A DNA stretch of 64,000 bases from NCBI GenBank assembly GCA_965644295.1, contig CBFFRP010000080.1:186001-250000 (forward strand). The letters run 5' to 3'. Shown here piece after piece: positions 28,201 to 34,299 of the stretch (position 1 is the stretch's first letter; each line of letters opens with the position of its first letter). The notes beneath the pieces are model-generated. The model did no database searches, was not told the origin of the DNA, and was given only the letters and a program-made list of their open reading frames with translations. Source of the DNA: Paraphysomonas bandaiensis (lineage: Eukaryota; Protista; Chrysophyceae). The position numbers were made by a program, and so were the translations under genes.

Positions 28201-30163
28201 TACCTGCTGCTGCCTCCATGTGACCGATATTCGCTTTTACACTCGAAACATACAATGTATTCTCTTCACTCCGCCCATGACCATACACCGACGATAAAGC
28301 CTCCGTCTCAATAGGATCACCTAGTTTCGTCCCAGTCCCGTGAGCCTCAATAAGAGATACATCATCAGCATCCACACCAGCATCTGATAATGCCGCACGA
28401 AGAAGCTGCTCCTGGGCAAGACCATTGGGGGCTGTCAAACTAGCACTCTTACCGTCCTGCATCACTGCTGACCCTCGTACAACTGCATATATACCATCAT
28501 TATCTCGTTCTGCATCACTCAATCGTTTCAACACTAAGGCACCACATCCCTCAGCTCTGCAGTATCCGTTGGCGGATTCATCAAAGGTGTGACACTTTCC
28601 ATCTGGTGATGTCATTCCTGCCCGTGCATACGCAACAGATGTCCATGGTGTCAAAATGAGATTTACAGCAGAGACGACAGCAGCATTACACTTCCCCGTT
28701 CGGAGAGCCTCACAAGCCTGATTTAGTGCAACTAGTGAAGAAGAACATGCCGTATCAACCACCATGGCCGGTCCACGTAATCCCAAGAGATATGACAATC
28801 TCCCAGCTGTCACAGCAACAGACGATCCAGTTGCAGAGTAGACGGTGTGATTTTCATTCAGCCCACAACCAGGCAACGAATTAACATCAGTACCCGACAT
28901 ACCAACCCATACTCCCACACACTGCCCTTCTAACTTATCTCGTGACATATTACTATCCGCAAGTGCACGAACAGCCATTTCTAAAACAAGTCTCTGATGT
29001 GGATCCACGTTTTCTGCCTCGCTTTGGCCCATACCGAAAAAAGTAGGATCGAATTGTGCGACTGAGGACAAAAAAGATCCCAAATTTACACAACTTTGAC
29101 GGCTGGGATCGAGTCCATGTTTCTCTAAATCTAAAGCGTTTAAGTCCCACCGATCAAATGGGACTTCAGATGAGGCACATGCTTTCGAGACAATATTCCG
29201 CCACATATCATGCAGAGAGTTTATTTCACCAGGAAATTTGCATGAGGTACCAATAATTGCCAATGGCTCAGAAGAAGATTGGTACGAATTTATTTCAGAT
29301 GCAACTGATGATCCATATATGCCGTTAATAATGCTCTTCGGTGTGGTATAATTAAAGAGAAATGTTGGTGAGAGGTCACGGCTCAACCTTGTCTCCAACC
29401 AGCTGTGTAGAACAAGAACTTGGAGCGAGTCGATTACAGTCATCAGTGGAGTTCCGCCAAGATCATTAACAAATGCACACTGTGGATTTATTTCGATAAG
29501 CTTCTTGCAGATATCTTCAAGAAGAGTGCTCGCTATTGGAGCACTAAATTCCTCAGACTTCTCGGGAAATGCCCCAGAGGTGGGCGCATTGACGCAAGCA
29601 TCCAAAGAATAACGTATCAAAATTGCACAGCCCAAATTATCACGATCTTCAGGACGATAGTTCTCCACAATTTGCTCAATCGTAGCACCACCAGAAACAT
29701 GGAAAAATATGGTTGGATCCTTACAGCTTAACACATATCTGTTGTAGTCGCCTGTACTCTGTTGTGCGTACGCACTGCACCGTGTCATCGCAACAACACT
29801 TGTGATATTGGCATCATCTTTGGCTACTTGAAGAGCATAATCACGTAAAAATGCAGCAGGATTTCCTCCATTCACTCCTTGTACCGCTATTGACATTAGT
29901 TGTAGTGTGGACCCCCTCAAATCAAGCAAATCTTCCTGGGTAGCAAACGTGCCCTTTATCAAAGTCTCCGAACTCGATATGAGTTGTGTATACAGCACCC
30001 CACATAACCGATCTCCATCCAGGACAACGAACTGCCCTCCAGGATTTCGGAGCAATCTACTTTTAATTCGATCTTCTGACGCCTGTAAGTGAGACGCCCA
30101 ACATGATTGTTCAAGTTTACAAAGTTCAGAGATATCCGACAGAGTGGCAGTTCGAGCAAACAT
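8291..30163 (-). CDS. Giant modular type I PKS 'PKS-A' (7290 aa): GNAT-ACP, four extension modules, then KS plus truncated AT
   Basis: Five KS (DTACSS/HGTGT/GHMEAA), three intact AT (GHSLG, RAFHS) plus one truncated AT, four KR (TGGLGGLG, YGAANSFLD), five ACP (DSL), N-terminal GNAT. One uninterrupted 21.9-kb ORF. Confidence 0.97.
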   Translation of the reverse strand: MFARTATLSDISELCKLEQSCWASHLQASEDRIKSRLLRNPGGQFVVLDGDRLCGVLYTQLISSSETLIKGTFATQEDLLDLRGSTLQLMSIAVQGVNGGNPAAFLRDYALQVAKDDANITSVVAMTRCSAYAQQSTGDYNRYVLSCKDPTIFFHVSGGATIEQIVENYRPEDRDNLGCAILIRYSLDACVNAPTSGAFPEKSEEFSAPIASTLLEDICKKLIEINPQCAFVNDLGGTPLMTVIDSLQVLVLHSWLETRLSRDLSPTFLFNYTTPKSIINGIYGSSVASEINSYQSSSEPLAIIGTSCKFPGEINSLHDMWRNIVSKACASSEVPFDRWDLNALDLEKHGLDPSRQSCVNLGSFLSSVAQFDPTFFGMGQSEAENVDPHQRLVLEMAVRALADSNMSRDKLEGQCVGVWVGMSGTDVNSLPGCGLNENHTVYSATGSSVAVTAGRLSYLLGLRGPAMVVDTACSSSLVALNQACEALRTGKCNAAVVSAVNLILTPWTSVAYARAGMTSPDGKCHTFDESANGYCRAEGCGALVLKRLSDAERDNDGIYAVVRGSAVMQDGKSASLTAPNGLAQEQLLRAALSDAGVDADDVSLIEAHGTGTKLGDPIETEALSSVYGHGRSEENTLYVSSVKANIGHMEAAAGIGGILSAILALHYKQAPPNAQLRELNSKVAASVSGSPISFPTEPTPLVRHGDRPLLAGVSSFGYSGTISHVILEEAPVSHSRSPGIISSSQFASDTTSETCIAGMVWQFAGQGTLSVGVLRDMYESESTFRDAMSRCDDILRSHLGVGASELLYPGICGGLTEVSAAEHLSETVYSQPILVALEYCLSQVWLSRGIRPAAVMGHSLGEYAAAIVSGVLSLEDSLRLVCIRGRLMQESDGCVGCMYAVRATADEVISAISDSGLTNEVSVAAVNGPRSVVISGSVDGVQKVLNSTGLMNMSHRQLKVSRAFHSPLMADIISAYEKELLLVQFNLPTIKFVSTVTGHYADEELMSSSYWLKHILQPVLYESAVEVCFTGESRDGDCVFVEMGADLTLSRLGGFVCNDAEFVGGWQYLSSLIMNGWMYCPIFVPYKLPCHRLLSGRSMNWRSNSAIHLGKLTPSHTCFRKGVFELSDALETVAGAYMLSNYEKLHKPVVFVTIRINLLQSKLFSQLSDTIACELYPSSEFILSVTVDGNIVDMCNGHINFCECDESHVVNATTTFREPVSELLEHDLQAISKKYIVFNEFSFNKHLLRGSVHCTDLVADGYSLDPIVLDVALLSCSAHFTKTMTNANSHISSCDEVLLRVNRNFLSVGCSEVQFEGVVVDITPTTSVYNVIVRSYRGDILATLTNLTISNYSDEPDSEVYLCSSFVESEISSSSDMLNLTSVLVVGEAALSSEINRINNIFSFKNVDYRNLEVCCANGKFDVVVMIIDQKMEYSMSSWLGALECICATSPNRVLCVTVGGNLPSTSVVPALSSSCIAGALKCAVIEYPKIDMVVVNADCTVLVPESVCKVIQNELAACQGELEVKYHKGYRHVRRYTTLNLPTVTHKGICDMRLTNSGTYVITGGLGGLGLLTARILAGHGASRLVLLSRSGKVSYTGQGLESELEWLQKSSGSEVHVMCCDVSDESSVVDMLREVREMGGGIRGIIHAAGVLRDALIRGGGAASGCADVWASKAHSAWLLHKHTLDDSLSLFVVYSSIISAIGNIGQSAYGAANSFLDELIEYRVDRGLCGIGIQWPAITGIGMAAAAGIDGYGLSADPKCVEQVLRYFLLDPNRAGGVVTVAPRGMGRWMSNRIRQQFEDINSLVSFGENISSKSLINKTTSNSTRINRSPDDVVLMVRSILESLLGVSGVSEGVQVMDLGLDSLAVTELASKLSNEFGIRVLPTLVFKYPTLGDITTYVLEQLGLSASLDIQAPSTLQETDSNHKMSIVGVSCRLPGDVRDLNSLWNMLSERRDATSTVSVSRWDTDFLIANSKLTDPSVLNRVRYGGFMSDEVLEGFNPSLFGISEAEASRMDPRHRLLLECTYESLVDAGYDIVELKGKRVGVFIGVSGNCDHDTTSAPLLSAYDATSNALSVAAGRISYVFGFQGPCCSIDTACSSSLVALHTASRCLEHNECDIAVVSAVCVLTSDLGVSCAVAGMTSPDGKCHTFDESANGYCRAEGCGALVLKRLSDAERDNDGIYAVVRGSAVMQDGKSASLTAPNGLAQEQLLRAALSDAGVDAGDVSLIEAHGTGTKLGDPIETEALSSVYGHGRSEENTLYVSGVKANIGHMEAAAGIGGILSAILALHYKQAPPNAQLRELNSKVAASVSGSPISFPTEPTPLVRHGDRPLLAGVSSFGYSGTISHVILEEAPVSHSRSAGIISSSQFASDTTSETCIAGMVWQFAGQGTLSVGVLRDMYESESTFRDAMSRCDDILRSHLGVGASELLYPGICGGLTEVSAAEHLSETVYSQPILVALEYCLSQVWLSRGIRPAAVMGHSLGEYAAAIVSGVLSLEDSLRLVCIRGRLMQESDGCVGCMYAVRATADEVISAISDSGLTNEVSVAAVNGPRSVVVSGSVDGVQKVLNSTGLMNMSHRQLKVSRAFHSPLMTDIISAYEKELLLVQFNLPTVKFVSTVTGHYADEELISSSYWLKHILQPVLYESAVEVCFTGESRDGDCVFVEMGADKTLSRLGERIAATTTIESSTLSFFSGTEVERYSTLKQAVSSVISTRQTNIKLYKMRKSFHRLFQFQSLNEMTNTITFNSYLHVGILEEWLRDHVLHNDIVFPGAGMIDMAIAAVIRETSTLHLTSALHLEALTITRPIVVTNVTRSDLNSAATRMWCVSDGNQLEWFSNQSDSRVSNARCSVSLVNDELSPDWHMMEKRLETIRSLCTDEVDVGALYSRFSDNGLFYGPKFRLATAVRCDSSMKYVLSRISTGDIGMSKNYVLPPPLLDAALQTSAAYAFCNNIHGAQIPYAIDHIWFRHDKLLHIWLSDWCEVVVEVRECTADMSVFNITLFSASGHAVLYLEGLYSRSVHNTDVDVSTPYSQLSSHWIVSSTDPGRCTNSMSSCLVVGDSTSYDSLVGDDALPDFPSHIELYDLNNNEKPLDQSIQLKEYDLVILCLNSVSKHHGCVDGGEVVATILSLLDICCGLTTRLMVVAVDSSDERDITLRSLAGAMRCAQLEYPTVDIELVDTDICSAHSAVRTELLHFQSEIDVKYRDGVRSVKRYEPLELCRREMYDVDDVAGGTFIITGGLGGLGLLTARILAGHGASRLVLLSRSGKVSYTGQGLESELEWLQKSSGSEVHVMCCDVSDESSVVDMLREVREMGGGIRGIIHAAGVLRDALIRGGGAASGCADVWASKAHSAWLLHKHTLDDSLSLFVVYSSIASAIGNIGQSAYGAANSFLDELIEYRVDRGLCGIGIQWPAITGIGMAAAAGIDGYGLSADPKCVEQVLRYFLLDPNRAGGVVTVAPRGMGRWMSNRIRQQFEDINSLVSFGENISSKSLINKTTSNSTRINRSPDDVVLMVRSILESLLGVSGVSEGVQVMDLGLDSLAVTELASKLSNEFGIRVLPTLVFKYPTLGDITTYVLEQLGLSASLDIQAPSTLQETDSNHKMSIVGVSCRLPGDVRDLNSLWNMLSERRDATSTVSVSRWDTDFLIANSKLTDPSVLNRVRYGGFMSDEVLEGFNPSLFGISEAEASRMDPSQRLLLECTYESLVDAGYDIVELKGKRVGVFIGIMGDIIMENSCSVNSRNHSDFSVYDVTRRSLSVAAGRISYVFGFQGPCCSIDTACSSSLVALHTASRCLEHNECDIAVVSAVCVLTSDLGVSCAVAGMTSPDGKCHTFDESANGYCRAEGCGALVLKRLSDAERDNDGIYAVVRGSAVMQDGKSASLTAPNGLAQEQLLRAALSDAGVDAGDVSLIEAHGTGTKLGDPIETEALSSVYGHGRSEENTLYVSGVKANIGHMEAAAGIGGILSAILALHYKQAPPNAQLRELNSKVAASVSGSPISFPTEPTPLVRHGDRPLLAGVSSFGFSGTISHVILEEAPISRNRGISDFVQQDLNKNFTVSKRFRFHRLLCLEENDSIRDHIIYNSYLHVGILEEWLRDHVLHNDIVFPGAGMIDMAIAAVIRETSTLHLTSALHLEALTITRPIVVTNVTRSDLNSAATRMWCVSDGNQLEWFSNQSDSRVSNARCSVSLVNDELSPDWHMMEKRLETIRSLCTDEVDVGALYSRFSDNGLFYGPKFRLATAVRCDSSMKYVLSRISTGDIGMSKNYVLPPPLLDAALQTSAAYAFCNNIHGAQIPYAIDHIWFRHDKLLHIWLSDWCEVVVEVRECTADMSVFNITLFSASGHAVLYLEGLYSRSVHNTDVDVSTPYSQLSSHWIVSSTDPGRCTNSMSSCLVVGDSTSYDSLVGDDALPDFPSHIELYDLNNNEKPLDQSIQLKEYDLVILCLNSVSKHHGCVDGGEVVATILSLLDICCGLTTRLMVVAVDSSDERDITLRSLAGAMRCAQLEYPTVDIELVDTDICSAHSAVRTELLHFQSEIDVKYRDGVRSVKRYEPLELCRREMYDVDDVAGGTFIITGGLGGLGLLTARILAGHGASRLVLLSRSGKVSYTGQGLESELEWLQKSSGSEVHVMCCDVSDESSVVDMLREVREMGGGIRGIIHAAGVLRDALIRGGGAASGCADVWASKAHSAWLLHKHTLDDSLSLFVVYSSIASAIGNIGQSAYGAANSFLDELIEYRVDRGLCGIGIQWPAITGIGMAAAVGGMDAGMSIDPSSASRILDTMIGACQKNGVITVLPRGADAWMSRSISAQFKSVSRSNSRVVSLRSSISKTITKEVNKGWSKEEVVRVVRSVVESLLEMTGVSEDDQVMDMGLDSLAMTELASTLASEFGVRVLPTLVFNYPTLREITGHIIDLLGLAESITTAESPDSVLPYKYNGSGNVAIVGVSCRLPGNVNNLESMWSMLCEGRDMTSTVSLDRWDVDSLVAHSSWNDPSILERTRYGGFLSDDVLESFDASLFGISDAEASCMDPSQRLLLECTHEALRDAGYDISELKGENIGVFVGMMGSTDGYGTTVEGLQCRFPSSVYDASSNTLSVCSGRLSYVFGFQGPCCTVDTACSSTVVGLHLAIRSLNSNECTVAIVAGANLLSATSSISAALARMTSPDGKCHTFDESANGYCRAEGCGALVLKRLSDAERDNDGIYAVVRGSAVMQDGKSASLTAPNGLAQEQLLRAALSDAGVDAGDVSLIEAHGTGTKLGDPIETEALSSVYGHGRSEENTLYVSGVKANIGHMEAAAGIGGILSAILALHYKQAPPNAQLRELNSKVAASVSGSPISFPTEPTPLVRHGDRPLLAGVSSFGYSGTISHVILEEAPVSHSRSPGIISSSQFASDTTSETCIAGMVWQFAGQGTLSVGVLRDMYESESTFRDAMSRCDDILRSHLGVGASELLYPGICGGLTEVSAAEYLSETAYSQPILVALEYCLSQVWLSRGIRPAAVMGHSLGEYAAAIVSGVLSLEDSLRLVCIRGRLMQESDGCVGCMYAVRATADEVISAISDSGLTNEVSVAAVNGPRSVVVSGSVDGVQKVLNSTGLMNMSHRQLKVSRAFHSPLMTDIISAYEKELLLVQFNLPTVKFASTVTGHYADEELISSSYWLKHILQPVLYESAVEVCFTGESRDGDCVFVEMGADKTLSRLGERIAATTTIESSTLSFFSGTEVERYSTLKQAVSSVISTRQTNIKLYKMRKSFHRLFQFQSLNEMTNTITFNSYLHVGILEEWLRDHVLHNDIVFPGAGMIDMAIAAVIRETSTLHLTSALHLEALTITRPIVVTNVTRSDLNSAATRMWCVSDGNQLEWFSNQSDSRVSNARCSVSLVNDELSPDWHMMEKRLETIRSLCTDEVDVGALYSRFSDNGLFYGPKFRLATAVRCDSSMKYVLSRISTGDIGMSKNYVLPPPLLDAALQTSAAYAFCNNIHGAQIPYAIDHIWFRHDKLLHIWLSDWCEVVVEVRECTADMSVFNITLFSASGHAVLYLEGLYSRSVHNTDVDVSTPYSQLSSHWIVSSTDPGRCTNSMSSCLVVGDSTSYDSLVGDDALPDFPSHIELYDLNNNEKPLDQSIQLKEYDLVILCLNSVSKHHGCVDGGEVVATILSLLDICCGLATRLMVVAVDSSDERDITLRSLAGAMRCAQLEYPTVDIELVDTDICSAHSAVRTELLHFQSEIDVKYRDGVRSVKRYEPLELCRREMYDVDDVAGGTFIITGGLGGLGLLTARILAGHGASRLVLLSRSGKVSYTGQGLESELEWLQKSSGSEVHVMCCDVSDESSVVDMLREVREMGGGIRGIIHAAGVLRDALIRGGGAASGCADVWASKAHSAWLLHKHTLDDSLSLFVVYSSIASAIGNIGQSAYGAANSFLDELIEYRVDRGLCGIGIQWPAITGIGMAAAVGGMDAGMSIDSSSASRILDTMIGACQKNGVITVLPRGADAWMSRSISAQFKSVSRSNSRVVSLRSSISKTITKEVNKGWSKEEVVRVVRSVVESLLEMTGVSEDDQVMDMGLDSLAMTELASTLASEFGVRVLPTLVFNYPTLREITGHIIDLLGLAESITTAESPDSVLPYKYNGSGNVAIVGVSCRLPGNVNNLESMWSMLCEGRDMTSTVSLDRWDVDSLVAHSSWNDPSILERTRYGGFLSDDVLESFDASLFGISDAEASCMDPSQRLLLECTHEALRDAGYDISELKGENIGVFVGMMGATESSVISGFSEVSDSISVYDVASNSLSACAGKISYCFGLQGPCCTIDTACSSVSVALHYACASLARGDCTAAVVAGSNTIGLKTSVLCAVAGMTSPDGKCHTFDESANGYCRAEGCGALVLKRLSDAERDNDGIYAVVRGSAVMQDGKSASLTAPNGLAQEQLLRAALSDAGVDAGDVSLIEAHGTGTKLGDPIETEALSSVYGHGRSEENTLYVSGVKANIGHMEAAAGIGGILSAILALHYKQAPPNAQLRELNSKVAASVSGSPISFPTEPTPLVRHGDRPLLAGVSSFGYSGTISHVILEEAPVSHSRSPGIISSSQFASDTTSETCIAGMVWQFAGQGTLSVGVLRDMYESESTFRDAMSRCDDILRSHLGVGASELLYPGICGGLTEVSAAEYLSETAYSQPILVALEYCLSQVWLSRGIRPAAVMGHSLGEYAAAIVSGVLSLEDSLRLVCFRFSSCASPSDVVLEYEKALMLTVFRQPTTRVISPLTGSVVDDIASLSYWHHNSFSESTSLNIEPRNQFDVVLVFGV
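10350..15335 (-). other. Module 4: KS-AT-DH-KR-ACP
   Basis: All catalytic motifs present; DH His at 12803-12805. Confidence 0.9.
15400..19345 (-). other. Module 3: AT-less KS-DH-KR-ACP
   Basis: KS C-terminus (VILEEAP, about 18040) joins DH through a unique linker of about 50 aa. Repeat spacing is 4011 bp versus 5052 bp for AT-containing units. Confidence 0.9.
19405..24380 (-). other. Module 2: KS-AT-DH-KR-ACP
   Basis: DH WLRDHVLHNDIVFPGAG (His at 21866-21868) and LLDAALQ intact; KR with LRD and YGAAN. Confidence 0.9.
24440..29270 (-). other. Module 1: KS-AT-degenerate DH-KR-ACP
   Basis: KS Cys at 28745-28747; AT GHSLG near 27581-27596; post-AT region lacks HxxxGxxxxP but keeps LDPIVLDVALL; KR from about 25490; ACP DSL near 24560. 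Confidence 0.85.
29315..30163 (-). other. PKS-A loading didomain: PKS-type GNAT-like decarboxylase/loading domain plus ACP
   Basis: VVAMTRC...DPTIFFHVSGGATIEQIVENYRPEDRDNLGCAILIRY parallels the CurA GNAT motifs (VVAVTLC, DP.LRFH..HGA.I......YRP.D..N...G.L..Y). ACP DSL at 29423-29431. Confidence 0.85.
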
Positions 30164-31762
30164 CTTTTCTCACACACAATGGACTTAATAACGTACAGGC
30201 TTATAAAAGTATATCGAACTACTGGCACGATGGTCTCTTGTCTGCGATACTCTCTCAACGAGAGGGAGGGTGGAGTCGCGTTGGAACGATAAATCGTTGG
30301 ATTGAAATTCATTCTCTCAATATCTTACGAACGAACAACGGTGCAATAAAATTGTAGGAGACAATAACACTGTCAGAGAATAAGCTTGCTAATAATGAAG
30401 TATCTGTGCTCCCTATACTTGCTGAGTGTGCTGCAAGTGAGGCCAGGCCGGTGGTTCCACCCTGATTATAATCACACACAATTGCAGTGATGTGACATGC
30501 AAATGAGAGAGAATACTGGAATACATGCCGGGAATACAACAGTCGTGTTGTTGTATGGTACGACAGTGGAGTGCATGCAATAGAGGTATACAGCAGCATA
30601 CAGCATACAGCAGCATACAGCGTACACTCTATATTGCGCTTGCAGGTGATGAACAGGTGAACAAGTGAGTGTTCGTAAGCAATGGGAGGTCGCCGCTTTC
30701 GTAATAAATTCGCTTCTCTCAACGTTTAAGTTATCTTTGTTAGCATCCTTGAAACTCGACTGCGGTAGGTAATCGACAATCAAATGTACTGAATGTGTGG
30801 GTACTCATACACAAAAGGAGATCGTAAAGTGTGTATGCATGGAAATTCATGCCGCACTACATTATGTGCAATCGCCATTATATGGTGCAACGGATGACTT
30901 AATGGCTACAGCATCAAGGCTGCTCAAGTGCAACTACTAATTTTTGCTTTGAACCGAGCATGTAAAATGGTTTATTTGAATAGTATTTGCTTTGAATGTA
31001 TGTCAATGTGATGTATTTTGATCATTTTAACTTTTTTGTCGCCTGTGCTACTGCGAATTACTTGTCATGTTTCCTTAACGAAGATAACCTTTTTGAAGTA
31101 CGTTGTAAATACTGTCGCAGATATGTAGTTGGCAGTTGTCAATTGCCAAGCAAGGTTGCACTGACAAGTAGATATTAGCCCATATCTTTTTCTAGGTTTA
31201 GAAAAACTATGAAGTCGAACCAACTTGTTCATGCAGTTCAAAAGAAAGCAATTACTTTATTACTTGAAGTTTGAAGTCATGTAATTTAGTCAACACTACT
31301 TCTATTACAACTGCATGGTCAGATATACACCAGTACTATATTCACTAAGGATACTATATATATTATTTTCAGGATATAGGAGTTTGTTTGAATCCTCAAT
31401 TTATTGACAGTTCCGACAAAAACTACCATTAAGTGTATTAAATCTTTACCAATACTTGAGTAGCTATGTCGTATGTCGTACTATATTACTTTTAGACAGA
31501 GATGGAAACACGTTGTTACGGATTAGTTAGTTATATTACTGATCAAGGCATAAGAAGAAAGAATGTCGTGTAGTCAACATTGCACCATAGGAGTAAAAGA
31601 AATGTATGGGTGATATTGCTCAACTATTCAAACTTCAAATAAGTATAACAATTACGACTGTTACGGGTTACGGGTAATGAATATATATAATGAGTGTCAT
31701 ACTAATCTGCAACTGTCAGGAGTGATTGTCCGTATGCATAAAATATCAAATGCAAAATACTA

Positions 31763-32598
31763 TTACACCATACATTTGTCCATAATATCACTAATACACT
31801 GGAAATTTGATAGAGCAGCCTCACAGATTTCATTGTTATTCGGTCTGGGTTCCATGGCAGACAGAGCTCCTTTCTTAGTAATCGGCGCATCATCAAATGG
31901 AGCAAATGCAGGCACTTCTTTGGAAACAACTTTTTTATCAGATTTGATGCGTTTCGTTGCGCGTCCTCGCTTGGTGCTTACAATCGTAAACTCCGGGGAC
32001 AGAAATGACGCCGCAATGAAAAATCGATCGTCAATAGCAGCTCGTTCCACAAGAACCATGACATCAATTACATGGCTCTTTGAATTCGAGTATTTATGTG
32101 AAATCCATCCATAGTGCCAAGCATTATGCTCCGCATTAAATTCCAGAGATATTTTTTTTCTTGTAAATCCATCGCCCGGTATTGTTTCCACACCAACACA
32201 TTCTCCTTTGATATAAGGCTTAAACTTCTCCGTTTTCGTGCGCAAATTTGACATGACTTCATGTTTAGGAACATATCTAACTGCGGACAAGCCGGCGTCA
32301 TCCTTGCATCTCAACTCTGCAATATACACCGTTTGCATCCAAAATGTATCATAATGCTGACATGCTGGACTTTTGGGTGAAATGGTCACCTCCAATATTG
32401 TCTTTAGGGAAGAGCCACAGAATCCGACTGCCGAATGGCCAGTGGATTTACAAAGAGGAAAGCATCTGCATTAAATATTTATCAGACAAATAAATTAGAA
32501 AAAGGTGTAGCCAACCTTAAAGCTTTCATTTGGTTGCTGCGGTTATTTCTCTCGTACGAGTTTTTCATATGACAGAACTCCATCGACGAATTCTGCAT
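31763..32598 (-). CDS. Hypothetical 261-aa protein with an N-terminal Cys/His cluster; candidate DNA-binding protein (2 exons: 32598-32516 and 32465-31763)
   Basis: A 50-nt GT...GCAG intron links MQNSSMEFCHMKNSYERNNRSNQMKAL-R-CFPLCKSTGHSAVGFCG in frame to the tracked ORF 31763-32395. WHYGWISHK, SPEFTIVSTKR, and a basic NLS-like KRGRATKRIKSDKK follow. Confidence 0.75.
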
Positions 32599-34299
32599 TT
32601 TCGATAAGTAGTTAAACAAAGACAGAAGGTGTAAAAAAATAAAGAATTATGATAAGCACACTCAAATTGATCTCTAAATTATCACATTAATATACTGATT
32701 ACAAGCTTTTTCAATCCAAGCATTGATCGTATTGGCATTTTTGGTATTACGGAGGTTGGAGTGGTGGTAAGTATGCGTCACCATTTCCAATTGTATGAAT
32801 GTTCAACACAGAGATCTATTGTGTATAGTTACCGACCGGTACGTGCGATGGGTGTGGGTGTGTGGATAGGAGAAACCGCACACCTACATGAAACTGCTCT
32901 ATATTTTTTACTGCAAATCTTTCTAATCATTGCCGCTATACGTGTCAAAAAAGCGTGCAGTTATGACACGCGGGCCTGCGATATGCTCAGCAATATATGC
33001 ATATACTATGCTTATATTTAATTGTTTATATAATAAAGCCATATTACAACCAACACACACACCTCATATGATGCGTACGCGCACGACTCTCAGTCCGAGC
33101 TTCTTCATACCATACCAGAAGCAGCGATGCATGCCAGTAACTGACGGAGACTAAAAAAATTGCTCTTGCAGTGCACACACGAAACGTACAGTATGTACTG
33201 TATGTATGTATATGCGGATATGTATGCATGAATATTACATACACTCCAATGTCTACTTTTACTATACTATACCACTCACTGTCTCTTCATATATGGCGAC
33301 ATGCACTGAGCTGGAACGAAAAGAGATTAATTTAATCATACCTTCGTTTAGTTGGGCTGTCTCATTCACTGCATTGTCACTTACAGGAGAGTGATATTCA
33401 GCATTTCTCCAGTGAGATACTTGGACACTTCAGAAGTGTCTGCCCGGATGTATCAGCATTTCCATATCAGAGATACAGTCACACTCGATGCTGTTATTGA
33501 GATATCAGTGTATACGCGATATTTGTTTTTTGAGGAGTTCGTAGAGTTGAGAGAGTCACGGGTAATGATTACATATATGTTGATAGGTCCCATCAATGCA
33601 GATGTATATAGTTTTTCCTGAATGCAATAAGAGGCAGATATATGGGTTGTACACTGTTATGCTATACCAACTATCGGAATCCATCTCATTCACTGTTGTG
33701 TTGTATCATCTGGCGCTGTTGCCTATGCGCCGAAGAAAGTACAGAGAATTTTATCATTGTAACAGTCGTATACTAGATATCATACTGCAACAGTAAATAA
33801 CCTGTGCGAATCATCACTAACTAGTATAGAATACGCTTCCTCAGACGTAAATCGCACGTATCAAGTTGCCATGATAAGATTTTCATGCACTCATCAGCAC
33901 GTGGCAACTGTATATTATATTAGTTACTGCCGTTAATAAGACTTGAAGCATAATTCTCAGGGAATTTACGGATACCTATATTACGTAAAGTGGAGAACAA
34001 TACTAGCATACGTAGATGCAAGTACATGCTACGAATATGTCACGAAGCACGAAGTGTGCTGCTAGATTCTAGATTTAGTAAAGACTATTTCTGTTATCGT
34101 AGTGTAGATAAGTACAAACTGATATGTAGTAGCAGAATTGTGAAACAATTAATGAATTTCGAATTGCATTGATTGGCATATTGAAAGTCTTATTATTTGC
34201 AATAGGCGTTAAAAACGTACACCAACTTAGTAGCTCGATGAATGCTAGGCAAACTAGTTAGACCTCTACCTGTAACTAATCAGTACACGCTTTTTTTAT

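Noticed and set aside
30309-30783. ORFs upstream of PKS-A as an N-terminal extension
   Set aside because: Stops intervene, the region includes a (cagcata)n low-complexity tract, and the GNAT domain begins right at the 30163 ATG. More likely 5' UTR or promoter.
31659-31676. (gttacgg)2 telomere-like repeat
   Set aside because: Only two units; expected by chance.
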